Under the pieces are notes generated by a model. The model saw only the letters and a program-made list of their open reading frames with translations, was not told the DNA's origin and did not search any database. DNA of 63,974 nucleotides, filler included, from Stramenopiles sp. TOSAG23-2 (lineage: Eukaryota), in the NCBI GenBank assembly GCA_900128395.1. It is 3 parts of 3 records of this genome, joined end to end, with 100 filler letters (N's around TTAATTAATTAA, not from the genome) between each part and the next. Parts side by side here need not be neighbours in the genome. Positions count along the whole stretch, not along the records: positions 22,454 to 44,713 come from LT649516.1; 2 more parts are not named here. One strand, 5' to 3'. Positions 22,774 through 34,000 of this stretch are shown piece by piece; within the stretch, counting starts at the first letter, position 1; each line of letters begins with the position of its first letter. The position numbers were made by a program, and so were the translations under genes.

Positions 22774-23931
22774 TCATAATTTGTCATTATCTTCCGCTTC
22801 GCTGTCATCATTACCCCATGGTACAAGACCAAACAAACGACTTCCAAGTGGTGTCAGGGTAAGGTCCTTAGGTAACAAATCTTTCTTGTTTTTTAACATA
22901 GGCCCATATGGATGATCCCCTGAGTTTGGAATTTGCCGGATGTATTGAACAGCACGAAAACGTTCTGAATTATTTGGATGATTGCCGTGCATTAGTAAGG
23001 AACTCCATATCAGTAAACACCCTTTACGTATAGGAATTTGTTGTACATATTTACGTAATTGGTCGTCCATTGGAATTTGTACGTTTGAGTTGGTACATAA
23101 GAAATTTTCTTCCAATTTTAAGTAATTATGTTGTAACCAATCGTAGCAAATATTGTTTGAGCCTGGGATACAATGAAACCCGCCATCTTCTTTTCTAGCA
23201 TCCGTGAGTGTAATTAATCCTTGTGGAATCAGTGTTTTTTTAAAATCAATCGGAGTCCCTTTGTTTGAAAAGCCTGCTATGCTAGCAAATCCACATGACG
23301 TTTCCCCTTCAGTAGATGGGAAAGGAGAGACAAAAATGGGATTACAATCTAGATGTACCCAGCGTTTCATTGTTTTCCATGATTCTAAATCTTGACCATT
23401 TTTTAATTTTGTCGGCCGCATTATTCCAAGCCTATCTATATCAACGATTAGTTCATCGGTCCCTAGAACTGATGCAAATGCTTTATGCACTTTAGGATTT
23501 TGTCGGTTATTAAATTGTTCTTTTGAATCAATATTTGGATACATACCAATAATACCTAAATGGCCAAATTTTTGATTCTTCCAATATTGTTCCCAAGTAG
23601 AAGCATCATCACGTTTTAAACCGGAACTTTCACCCGATTTCCAAAATTCATCCAACGTTTTCTTACATTGCTCATCTGATAATACATCCCGTAGCACAAC
23701 AAACCCGTAAGTTGAAAAAAACTCTTTTAGCTCTTTTAAATCCTTCACAGCATCAAATGTTTTTATGTAACCGTTCTGGTCTAATTGAGATTCGACAGTT
23801 AAAATCTTCTTTTCAATTAGCGCATCAATATCTACGTCTTCAAGTTTTGATGATTCCTCTTCCATTCCTTTCAATCCTAATAATGCTACTGGTCTCTTCT
23901 TTTTTTCTTTCTTACTCATCTTAATTCCCAT
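22774..23931 (-). CDS. Phytanoyl-CoA dioxygenase (PhyH)-family Fe(II)/2-oxoglutarate oxygenase
   Basis: FFSTYGFVVLRDVL, HLD (HxD), QGLITLTD..GGFHCIPGS, KGCLLIWSSLLMHGNHPN, RAVQYI. Confidence 0.88.
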   Translation of the reverse strand: MGIKMSKKEKKKRPVALLGLKGMEEESSKLEDVDIDALIEKKILTVESQLDQNGYIKTFDAVKDLKELKEFFSTYGFVVLRDVLSDEQCKKTLDEFWKSGESSGLKRDDASTWEQYWKNQKFGHLGIIGMYPNIDSKEQFNNRQNPKVHKAFASVLGTDELIVDIDRLGIMRPTKLKNGQDLESWKTMKRWVHLDCNPIFVSPFPSTEGETSCGFASIAGFSNKGTPIDFKKTLIPQGLITLTDARKEDGGFHCIPGSNNICYDWLQHNYLKLEENFLCTNSNVQIPMDDQLRKYVQQIPIRKGCLLIWSSLLMHGNHPNNSERFRAVQYIRQIPNSGDHPYGPMLKNKKDLLPKDLTLTPLGSRLFGLVPWGNDDSEAEDNDKL

Positions 23932-24458
23932 TTATAATTATTGTTCGACTTTGATGGGACTATATAACTATGATACTAGCTTGTCCGTGTGGTTGTCGTT
24001 ACTATTTTCTTTAATGCTGCGCCTGTTACTTCTTATTTAAGACTATTGTTTAAGTTTATATTGTTTTTGAATTATTGCATTAAAAACAATTCACGAGTAT
24101 TTCATCACACCACCGCAACCTTGTTACACATAAATATATATAATAATTACAGAATTACCCACACATTGTCACTATTGCAATAAATCGACAAGTACCTTCG
24201 TCTTATTATTATAATAATTATTACGTGGTAAAAGACAATTGGTATTATACCTGGTATTGTTGTTATAGCCGTAGCCGCAAAGTCTTCCCTCCCGTTCCCT
24301 ACTTTCAAGTATAAATAATGGTCATTTTTGATAGGGGCATTTAGATTAAAAGAGATCAAGATTCATAATGTTAGTACGCAATAAGTTTAATTGCCACATA
24401 TGCACATATCGTAATATACATAATTAATAAATATTTAATTTTATTAATAGTACTAGAA

Positions 24459-26528
24459 TCAAACCAATGGTCGATTTTTAACCAAAGGACTTTTGTTATT
24501 AATTAACTTACTGTTCGATGGGGGCACTGGTTGTGTTTTCTTCTTGTTGTTAACAATCATTACATCCTCTTCGTCATTATTCTTATTATTGTTGTTTTTT
24601 ACATATTTGCTCTGTACTTTTGCTAGTAATAAAGCTTCGCGGCCGGCAAATTTTTTTAGGATAACCTCGACTTCTTCTTTTGTTTTTTCAGGGACATACT
24701 TTGAATAAATCTCTCGTAATTCTTGCAAAACTTTTGGATCTGCTGGTTTTAAAAAATTACGCTTCATTCCTACTTTCTTTTTCTCCCATGGTTTTGCCAT
24801 TTTTCCTCTGCTATTGCTCATGTTCTCCTTTCTATTCTTAGTATTTGATGATGACGCATATATTTGACCATATCTCAATGCATTTATCGTTCCTTTTTCT
24901 AACAATGCATCTGGACTTATATTTACTAACATCACACATGAACTATCTTTATTTTTTCTTTTGGAGTTTTCAGTTGGACAAAGTGAATCTTCCAATATAC
25001 GAGTCAAATTACTATTTCGAAAACGTGGCCGGCGGGTAGATGGACTGGATAAAGAACGAAAAACTTCTTTCAATGCTAAAAGTGATTTATTGATTGCAGC
25101 TGTTTCTTTTTGTGCTTTCCCTGATCTATGATCATAATCAGCCCCTGCCAAATCCACCAAAACCATTTTACCACCAAGCGCAGAAACGCTTCTTGCTTCT
25201 ATCTCTTTCAACGAAATAGATAAATTTTCGAGTTTATTTTCTTTCTCCTTTAAAATCTTACGTAAAGCTCCGATTTTCTTGTCAATTTTTTGTATTTTTA
25301 ATTTGATTTCCTCATCTGTCATATTTTTTGACATTGTAGCATATTTTGGTTGTAGATTTTCTATACCTAAACGTTCGCTCCATTCCTTCGCAGTACGTGG
25401 TGTATCGGCATCATCTATATCAATTTTACCATGCTGTGATGATGCTTGATATAATAATGTAAATTGACGATCTTCGTTTTCATATTTAATCCATAAATCT
25501 CCTTCACACTCAGGAGGTAATGCAGGATTCGCACCTTCTGGTGGCGATACATTTGTAGATCTTAGTACTCTTCCATATCCTTGAGTTCCAGTCGATGTAT
25601 CTACATTAACGAAAAATTTTTGATTATCAATGTTATTAATGCAATTTTTTAATGGTGGCAATTCAGCAGTTAATTGTTCAATTTCACCACGTACTTTCTG
25701 AGATTTTTTAGTAACAACTTCTAGGTAAAGTATTGCATGTGAACGAGATGATTGATGGTGAGTTGTACTGATACCAGTTGCTCGTTGAGCAACACAAGTT
25801 TCGTTTAATACATCCAAATCGCCCGTTTTAGAAATAAAGCTAGATCGTAAACCAACGCGTGTTTTAATAGTTGCATGATCAAAGCTAAATTTTTCCAACA
25901 CTTCATCATCGTTATCGTTATCGTTCATAATTTCATCATAATTCAATTCTTCTTTTTCAACTGCACCAACGACCAATTGTCCACTCCCATCAATTCTTAC
26001 TTTGCATAGTAATTTCTCTTCACCAAGTAAATCATATACTTTATCAAGGTACATTTCGCAAGCAGTCGCACGAAGAAAAAGCATGTCGTCCTCACTGCTG
26101 CAATTATTATCAGTATTAATTTTCGCAAGTTGTTGTAATATTTTCTCAGCACCTAAAAAAAATAATCCTTTCTCGTTTCCATAACCAATCGTTGTATGTG
26201 TTTTACCACCACCAGTATATCCATAGCAAAATAAAGATGCTGTGCCGCCTTTAATTACCACATCAATCTCTTTAGAAAAACATTTTTCAAATACGTTTAT
26301 ATTATTTTCATTTTGACCTAATATTCTATCAAAACCGTTAATATCTCCTGATATACTCGATAAAATAATAGATTCTCTACCTTTTTCAGAAACTAAATTC
26401 AGACCTTGAAGATGTTTCTTGCCATCTTCTTGTTCTTCCACGGTCAGGGGTCTTACCCGGACGTGTACGGATACATTTCGTTTCAATTCGCTTGTTGATA
26501 TGCTTGCCATTGTTGTGCTTTCTTTCAT
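24459..26528 (-). CDS. Divergent N-terminal-motor kinesin with a long insertion between switch I and switch II
   Basis: VHVRVRPL, P-loop GYTGGGKTHT, SSRSHA, VDLAGAD, INKSLLALKEV, FRNSNLTRILEDSL, TINALRYG. Confidence 0.9.
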   Translation of the reverse strand: MKESTTMASISTSELKRNVSVHVRVRPLTVEEQEDGKKHLQGLNLVSEKGRESIILSSISGDINGFDRILGQNENNINVFEKCFSKEIDVVIKGGTASLFCYGYTGGGKTHTTIGYGNEKGLFFLGAEKILQQLAKINTDNNCSSEDDMLFLRATACEMYLDKVYDLLGEEKLLCKVRIDGSGQLVVGAVEKEELNYDEIMNDNDNDDEVLEKFSFDHATIKTRVGLRSSFISKTGDLDVLNETCVAQRATGISTTHHQSSRSHAILYLEVVTKKSQKVRGEIEQLTAELPPLKNCINNIDNQKFFVNVDTSTGTQGYGRVLRSTNVSPPEGANPALPPECEGDLWIKYENEDRQFTLLYQASSQHGKIDIDDADTPRTAKEWSERLGIENLQPKYATMSKNMTDEEIKLKIQKIDKKIGALRKILKEKENKLENLSISLKEIEARSVSALGGKMVLVDLAGADYDHRSGKAQKETAAINKSLLALKEVFRSLSSPSTRRPRFRNSNLTRILEDSLCPTENSKRKNKDSSCVMLVNISPDALLEKGTINALRYGQIYASSSNTKNRKENMSNSRGKMAKPWEKKKVGMKRNFLKPADPKVLQELREIYSKYVPEKTKEEVEVILKKFAGREALLLAKVQSKYVKNNNNKNNDEEDVMIVNNKKKTQPVPPSNSKLINNKSPLVKNRPLV

Positions 26529-26874
26529 TCCTACTTATTATAAAACATTTGTATTGAGATTATCCACAAGGAAATTATTTATTATAACTATTTTTTTTGG
26601 TTTCTTATTTAATTTATATATGCACATATATTGCTTTTCAATTTTCAACAAATTTTTTTATTTTTTCAACCAGAGGAATGCCAAAATGCCAAAATGCCAG
26701 AAGCGCGAATGGTGGGTATTTCCCGAAAATTTCTTTCACAGAATTTTGTTTTTTAGGGACAATAAACGAATACGTATACTCCCTGCTAGGCTGGTAGTAC
26801 GGGCATTTTAGCACTACTTCTGTACAGGAGAAATACACATAGAAAAAAAAATAAAAATACAGAATGAAACAATT

Positions 26875-27687
26875 ATGAATTCGTTGCCAATTACACCAAT
26901 GCGTCGACAACAACAACAGAAACAAACTACTACTCATAACATTGAAAAACCTATTGTAAATAATTCATTACCACTATCTCCATCATTATCAGTATCACCC
27001 ATGATACAAAAAACACCATCACCAAAAAAGAAAACATATAGATTGAAATCATTTATAACACCATTGGTAAAACAAAAAAAAGCCGAAAAAGAAGGGAAAA
27101 TAAAAAAGAAGAAAAAGAAACAGAAAAAAATAGTAGATGCAAGTGTGCAGTGTTTGTTGTTGTTGACAAAGCAAGAAAATTCGATACAAAATACTAAAAG
27201 TATGATCAATACTTCTAGTCAAACAAATACAAACCAATCGAACAAGAGAAACCACAAGGACCTTCAAATTTCATCATCAACACAAACAACTGATGGAAAT
27301 TTCATGTATTATATTGATACCAAAAAAACAATAGCATCAAATGATAAAGCAATTAGTACGATTCATATACAAAGAAAAGATGTAAATGTACTTTGTAATC
27401 TGGATCAAAAATATATACGCGATATTGAAAAACAATTAAAAACATTAAACAAAGTATTAACACAAGAACGTGGATTTCATAAATTGAAATTGAAGTCATT
27501 GCGTGAAGAAATGAATCATTTAAGAGATTACGATGCAAATCAAAATGTAAAATTAAATAAAGGAATGAATAAATTACGACAGGAAAACAATGCATTATTT
27601 GAAAAATGTTGTTATTTAGAATTACGCAATGAAGGCCTTCACAAAGCATTATCAAATGTGACTAAAGATACTAGTATGTTAAATTAG
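26875..27687 (+). CDS. Hypothetical protein with C-terminal coiled coil
   Basis: 270-aa ORF; low-complexity basic N-terminus, heptad-patterned C-terminus. Confidence 0.6.
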   Translation: MNSLPITPMRRQQQQKQTTTHNIEKPIVNNSLPLSPSLSVSPMIQKTPSPKKKTYRLKSFITPLVKQKKAEKEGKIKKKKKKQKKIVDASVQCLLLLTKQENSIQNTKSMINTSSQTNTNQSNKRNHKDLQISSSTQTTDGNFMYYIDTKKTIASNDKAISTIHIQRKDVNVLCNLDQKYIRDIEKQLKTLNKVLTQERGFHKLKLKSLREEMNHLRDYDANQNVKLNKGMNKLRQENNALFEKCCYLELRNEGLHKALSNVTKDTSMLN

Positions 27688-27882
27688 TCCCGATCATTAT
27701 TAAAATTATATGAGATTAAGATGGTAGCTAGCTAGAGCTAGCTCTACCTGGTATGAGGTATGAGTGTGAGTGAGGATGTTATAAAAAATACGTAAATTTA
27801 CGTAAATTATTATTTTATTGCTCGAGATTCGTTATACCACATTAAAACTATTACAATAAATGAATACAAATTGCCGTTACAA

Positions 27883-29091
27883 ATGCTACGCACGGAGAAG
27901 AAAGTAGTATTAAAAAATGAAAATGGCATTAAATTGTGTAAATTTGATTTTGCTCTTATAGTTGTTCTATTGACTTCGAATAAAAACGTGAAGACGGTAG
28001 ATTTACGAAATACATACGAAGTGGCAGAGGCAGATGAGTTAGAACAAAAAGACAAAGTGGAAATTACTGAATTCTTGTGCAATCTTTTAATGAATAAAAA
28101 GAAAGAAACAAATTTTGATTTGAAATTAGAATGGAATCATTTAGACATTGAATGCATTTTATCATTTTTCAAGACAAAACATGATTGTTTACCAACTGCT
28201 CTAGATATTTCGACATCCAATCCTGAATCAAATATGGAACAGTTTGATGAGTTTATTGAATGCATTTTATCATTTTTCAAGACAAAACATGATTGTTTAC
28301 CAACTGCTCTAGATATTTCGACATCCAATCCTGAATCAAATATGGAACAGTTTGATGAGTTTTCAAATTTACTTATCAATAATAAAACATTGAAATATTT
28401 AAAATTATATGATGTATATATTAACTTGCAAGCGTTTGGTAGAGCGCCGAAAATAAATTTTAGTGAGAAACGAGCAGGTCCCATAATGCTAATTGCTGAC
28501 TTGAAAAATAATCTAAAATTTGATAAAACCTTAGGAGCTAAATTGAAATCGCTAGATATTGTTATGATTTCAAAGAAACTACAAAAAAATGATAAAGTAC
28601 AAGAGTTTCGTCTTACTGATGCAATGTTGGGATCGGAAGCACTTGAAACATTTACTGAAATTATTTATAAAAAGCGGTATTTAAATTTTGTTCGAATGGA
28701 AGCATGTAATATAACAGATAGCTCCTGTGATAAATTTAGTACTTTGTTAAAAAATTGCAAAAAATTGGTAACGTTAGATTTAAATGGAAACAAAATTACT
28801 ACAAAAGGTGCATTAATTTTGGTCGAAGCGGCATTGAACAAAGGCACGCATAATTATCCCAGTACTCTTTATTTAAATGAAAATCATATAGGGAAAGATT
28901 TTGCAACTGGATTGGTTAAATTATTTAGAAATACGAAGAAACGAAATGTTAAAATATTTTTCCGCAAGCAGCAATCCTCTGATGCGAAGCAATTGATTAA
29001 AAAAATGGATGCAAAGTTGAAACAAGAAGGTGTCGCAGATTTGTTTCCAAGAAATTGCATCTTTTATAAAAATGAACGTAACAGGTATTAA
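27883..29091 (+). CDS. RNI-like leucine-rich repeat protein (contains an in-frame 108-bp duplication)
   Basis: LDLNGNKITTKGA, LYLNENHIGKD and similar repeats; first in-frame ATG at 27883. Confidence 0.75.
   Translation: MLRTEKKVVLKNENGIKLCKFDFALIVVLLTSNKNVKTVDLRNTYEVAEADELEQKDKVEITEFLCNLLMNKKKETNFDLKLEWNHLDIECILSFFKTKHDCLPTALDISTSNPESNMEQFDEFIECILSFFKTKHDCLPTALDISTSNPESNMEQFDEFSNLLINNKTLKYLKLYDVYINLQAFGRAPKINFSEKRAGPIMLIADLKNNLKFDKTLGAKLKSLDIVMISKKLQKNDKVQEFRLTDAMLGSEALETFTEIIYKKRYLNFVRMEACNITDSSCDKFSTLLKNCKKLVTLDLNGNKITTKGALILVEAALNKGTHNYPSTLYLNENHIGKDFATGLVKLFRNTKKRNVKIFFRKQQSSDAKQLIKKMDAKLKQEGVADLFPRNCIFYKNERNRY
28147..28362. repeat. Exact 108-bp tandem duplication (IECILSFF..FDEF twice)
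   Basis: Identical adjacent copies. Confidence 0.9.
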
Positions 29092-29787
29092 AAAAATATA
29101 CGCGTGTATGATACGTTCCTTTTTTTTATAAATACGCTCGATCGTATGATATCATATTTAGTACGAGCTCGTATATATATATATGTATAATATACGAGTA
29201 TTATTTATTTTGAAATTGCATCTTTTATAAAAATGAACGTAACAGGTATTAAAAAAATATACGCGTGTATGATACGTTCCTTTTTTTTATAAATACGCTC
29301 GATCGTATGATATCATATTTAGTACGAGCTCGTATATATATATATGTATAATATACGAGTATTATTTATTTTACTTTTTTATTTTTTATTTGCTCTTCTT
29401 CTTCTTTTTGCTTTTCTTCTTTTTCTTTTTTTCTGATTTTGATGTTTTTTTTTCTTCTCCTGCTTCTTCATCTTTTCTTTCTTTATTATTATTATTATTA
29501 TTATTATTAGTTTCTGATGATGCTACTACTACTTTTTTCTTATTACCACCACCATATTTTTGTAAAAACAAACTATCATTTTACTTTTTTATTTTTTATT
29601 TGCTCTTCTTCTTCTTTTTGCTTTTCTTCTTTTTCTTTTTTTCTGATTTTGATGTTTTTTTTTCTTCTCCTGCTTCTTCATCTTTTCTTTCTTTATTATT
29701 ATTATTATTATTATTATTAGTTTCTGATGATGCTACTACTACTTTTTTCTTATTACCACCACCATATTTTTGTAAAAACAAACTATC
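29051..29787. repeat. Two adjacent exact tandem duplications (161 bp at 29051-29372; 210 bp at about 29368-29787)
   Basis: They duplicate the 3' ends of the LRR and G-patch genes. Confidence 0.9.
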
Positions 29788-30324
29788 AGCTTCTTCAGTT
29801 CTTTTAAATTTTCCAGCTTGTTCCCCACGAGCACGCATTCCTAATCTTGCGCCACCACAGGCTTTAAAAAGTTTTGTATCTATATCACTGTCATCATCAC
29901 TATCACTATCGCTATCACTATTACTATCTACAATTTTTTGTTTCTTATTACTAATGTTATCATTATTATCATCATCAAGTTCATCTTCTTTCTTTCTTTT
30001 TTTCTTCGATTTCTTTTTTTTCTTTTTCTTTTTCTTCTTCTTTTTTTCATCTTTACCATAAACATCAGCCCACCATAATTCATCTCGTCGCTTTATACGT
30101 TCTTGTTTTCCATACCCAATGCCATCTGCGCCATTTTTTTTGGTTGCAATGTGTGATTTTCTACCATCTCCTTTTGCACCAAGTCCATCCCCATCTTTCC
30201 ACCCCATAGATTCCATCATTTTTTTCGCAATATTGGATGTAGGTGCTGATACACGTTCATTTGCCATACCACCCATACGCTTCCGCGTTTTTTTCGATAC
30301 ATATTTTAAATCATCCAATGTCAT
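29596..30324 (-). CDS. GPATCH4: G-patch domain protein, GPATCH4/PINX1-like nucleolar factor
   Basis: G-patch SNIAKKMMESMGWKDGDGLGAKGDG; WWADVY and LFKACGG motifs; KKE/D-rich tail. Confidence 0.7.
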   Translation of the reverse strand: MTLDDLKYVSKKTRKRMGGMANERVSAPTSNIAKKMMESMGWKDGDGLGAKGDGRKSHIATKKNGADGIGYGKQERIKRRDELWWADVYGKDEKKKKKKKKKKKKSKKKRKKEDELDDDNNDNISNKKQKIVDSNSDSDSDSDDDSDIDTKLFKACGGARLGMRARGEQAGKFKRTEEADSLFLQKYGGGNKKKVVVASSETNNNNNNNNKERKDEEAGEEKKTSKSEKKKKKKSKKKKKSK

Positions 30325-30479
30325 ATTTTTGAATTAATTGACTGTATTTGTTGTACGTATGTATATATATATATACACACTTTCTTTGTTCTTTTAAATC
30401 ATCCAATGTCATATTTTTGAATTAATTGACTGTATTTGTTGTACGTATGTATATATATATATACACACTTTCTTTGTTC
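30304..30479. repeat. Exact 88-bp tandem duplication over the G-patch start
   Basis: Identical adjacent copies. Confidence 0.88.
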
Positions 30480-30797
30480 TTGTAGATATACCTAGTTTAT
30501 CCATAATCTATGTATGTAATCAGGGTGGTAAAGTATTATATATAGTATTTTTGTGGTGATGATGATGATGAAGAAGAAATAATTATCGTGCGTACATTAA
30601 TCAACATCAGTAAATAGCATTGAGTTTATTAGCAGCTCGAGTAGCAAGCTGGGCAAGCTAATATTATAGCATTGAGTACTGGGCAGTAGTGGAAGGTGGA
30701 AGGGGAAAATTTATACGAATAGGTATTATAGGATAGCATTGCAAGTATTTTTTTAAGGGATGATATAATAGAAGATCTCTTGATGGGGAGCCATCAG

Positions 30798-30874
30798 TAC
30801 CTGGTATAATAATACAAAAATCATCTCAAATCTAATAATCTCACCACCACCTACGTACATTATTATACCTGGTA
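30798..30874. promoter_or_regulatory. Candidate promoter palindrome TACC-W-GGTA (two copies here; also at 2498, 13034, 24248, 27745)
   Basis: Exact 9-mer recurs in 5' intergenic regions. Confidence 0.55.
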
Positions 30875-31093
30875 CTAAAAAAATAGGCCAAGAAGAAAAG
30901 CCAAGAAGAAACAGTTACCGTTGTGTTAGTGTTGCTTGTAGACAATTAAATAATATATTTTTATATTTATAAATATATATATACCCATAAGGCATATATC
31001 CATCGACTGTGGTATATCCATCCATCCAACCATCCCAACCACCCACATCCCACTGATCACTCACGGCATTTACATTGCGTCTTCATTAGAAAC

Positions 31094-34000
31094 ATGTCAC
31101 AAAATGTATTGCATCCAGCAGGTCTTCCACAAAAAAATTATCATAAATTATCAGAAAAACAATTAGAACAATTTTATAAAAATAATACGTCAACGACGAA
31201 AATAAATAATAATAATACTAATAGTAATATACCTGTAAATACCAGCAGGTCTTCCACAAAAAAATTATCATAAATTATCAGAAAAACAATTAGAACAATT
31301 TTATAAAAATAATACGTCAACGACGAAAATAAATAATAATAATACTAATAGTAATATACCTGTAAATAAAAATGGAAGAAGTACAACGAGTAAGAAGGGA
31401 AGTAAGAATGTTCGAAGTATTAGTTTGTCTAAAACAGCTGCAAGCGGATTAGCGTATGTACAAAAAATTAATAATCCTGCAAGTATAGATATATCATGTC
31501 ATAAGTGCGGTCGTGCAATTCGTTGGCAAGCCAATTTTTGTCCAAATTGTGGAGAATCAGTAGCTTTTCCCACGAGAACATTTTTGCCTAGACCTATTGA
31601 TCCAAATGACCCATTTCTCAAAGAAAAGAAAAAGAAAGATAAATTACCTAAAAATTTAAAATCAAGTATCCATTCAGCATATGGTGGTGATAGGTTATTT
31701 CCATCATCATCGAAAAAACGTAATAGTAATAATAATAATAATAATAATAAAAGTCGTCGTCGTCGTAGTAATAATAGTAGTAATAATGTAAAGAATCAAA
31801 AACAGCAACAATCTAGTCAACAACAACAATATAATATGATACCCACATTTAATAAAACGGTAGATGCGTCAAATAGTTCTATCATCATCAACGATGGCAA
31901 TGCTATTGATGGCAATATCGAACAACAAATGTCAAATATGGAAACGAGTGTAAATAATAGTGAAATAAATCAACAAATTGAAGATGAAGATGAAATCGAA
32001 CCATCTAGATTTAAAGGACCAAATTCCGATATATTAGGCATTCTATTTGATATGAAAAATGTAGAAAGAGCATCTGGTAATATATTAGAGGGTGATGTGT
32101 ATAATAATGCAATTAAGCATTTAAAAAATGTAACAACTAAATTAAATGACGTAAAAGATGTAAAAAAATTCATGAAAAAAGCGACGAAAAAAGCAAAAGC
32201 AGCTGTGAAACAAATAATTAAAAATCGCCAACAACGTGTTTTAAAAGGTGGTATGGATATTATGGATAAAGCTGATATTTTAATTGCTCAAAGACGTGAA
32301 GAAAGTGATGAGAAATTTAAGATGCAATCCTTGAAGAAAGAAGCTATGCGACAGCGATTATTGGTTGTGTTAGAAGAAGAACAAGAACGAGAACGCGAGC
32401 GAGAAACATTTTGGTGGAGTAAAACAACACAATCAAGATCTATAGAGGAGCAAAAGCAATTAGCTGCAGTTTTTGATCAAGAACGCGAAGCAGCATCTTC
32501 AAGAATTATGTTGCTAACACAATCAATAGCACTAGCTGAACGAAATCAAACGCAAAATATATATCATGATGATGACGATGATGATGATACTGACGAGGAA
32601 CATAACGATAATAGTGTAAAGGCTGATATGATACCACGTAATGAAAATAAAATTATATTACAAAATATTGATGAAGAAGTGACATTTGAGATGAACAAAA
32701 ATGAATTTTCAAATAACAACAATAATGATGATGATGATGAAGATGCAGCATTGAATTTATTTGAATCGTCGATCGCTTCTTTAGTAGATGATGTATTTGA
32801 TGGTGAAGCCGAAGAAAATTTATTAGATGGAGAAGGTAAAAGCCATTTGTCATTACCATCGATTGAAAATACAAATGCAAACATAGATAAGAAAAATAAT
32901 GATATCGGTGTTAATTTAGATGAAATGTTTTATGAATCAGCAGATCAATTATTACCAGTCATAAATCAAAATCAAAATCAAAATGATGGGATGATGGAAA
33001 GACGTGATCATATCGACGAAGAAGAAGAGAAACGACAAATGAAATTAGAAAAGAAAAAAACAAAGAAAGTCATGAGAGAATTATTACAACCATTTGTTGA
33101 AGATGTCAAAGAAATTGAAAAAGAACATGATATGATGAAACAACGACCGTATGTTTTGTTAATTCATAATGAATTGACTGAGGAGGAAAAGGAAAAAAAA
33201 ATACGTAAAGAGCAAGCAAAGAAAGAAGAAAAGCGACAAAAGGAAACATTAAAGCAGCAATTAAAAAGACAGCAAAAAATATTAGAGAAAAAAGAAAGGT
33301 CAAAAGCAATTAAAGAAAGACAATTACGTGCTAAAATGAGACATGAATCAATACACTTACGTAAAGATATAAAGTTTCAAAACAAATTGATTGTCCGTGA
33401 TGTTCAAGCAGACCGAATGAGGCAACGACCACGAGTGGCATTTGGGACCAACGGCAATAATAGTATGGCTCATGTTCTGGATGACCCAGATAGTATAGGT
33501 ATTATAAAAAATAAAAGCATAGTTTCATTTGAAAGTATGGTGGATAATACTTTAAATGACGAAAGTACATTAAACATTTCTGCACCAACTAGTGGTATTT
33601 TTTGGGGAGAGTCGATGGAATTGGTTGATAATCAAGATTCCGAGCTTCCGATGGATCGTATGGCTTCTACTACGGTTGGCGGTGGTGTTTTTTGGGGTGA
33701 TTGGGTCAACGAAGGCGATATCATTGACGAAGGTGCCGAGGAGAGGGAGGAAAATGAGGAGCATAAAACAAGTAGAGGCGGATTATCATCAGCTGGAAGT
33801 GCATATTCTTACAAGAGTCAACGCTCTACTAAAACTGCTGCTACTGCTAGCACCGGCAACGTCCATCCAATTACACATTTATTGACTATATATCGTAAAC
33901 GATTTGTCGGTGGTCCTAAATTATCTGATCGCATCAAGACATTTAATCTTAAAGGTCGAAGTGCCAAACTTGGTGGACTTGGCAAGTTAGAAACAAAATA

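Noticed and set aside
29386-29571. Separate 61-aa Lys-rich gene
   Set aside because: It is the duplicated 3' end of the G-patch gene.
29051-29787. CRISPR array, LTRs or target-site duplications
   Set aside because: Only two adjacent copies each, no spacers, no internal element, and no transposase or cas genes.
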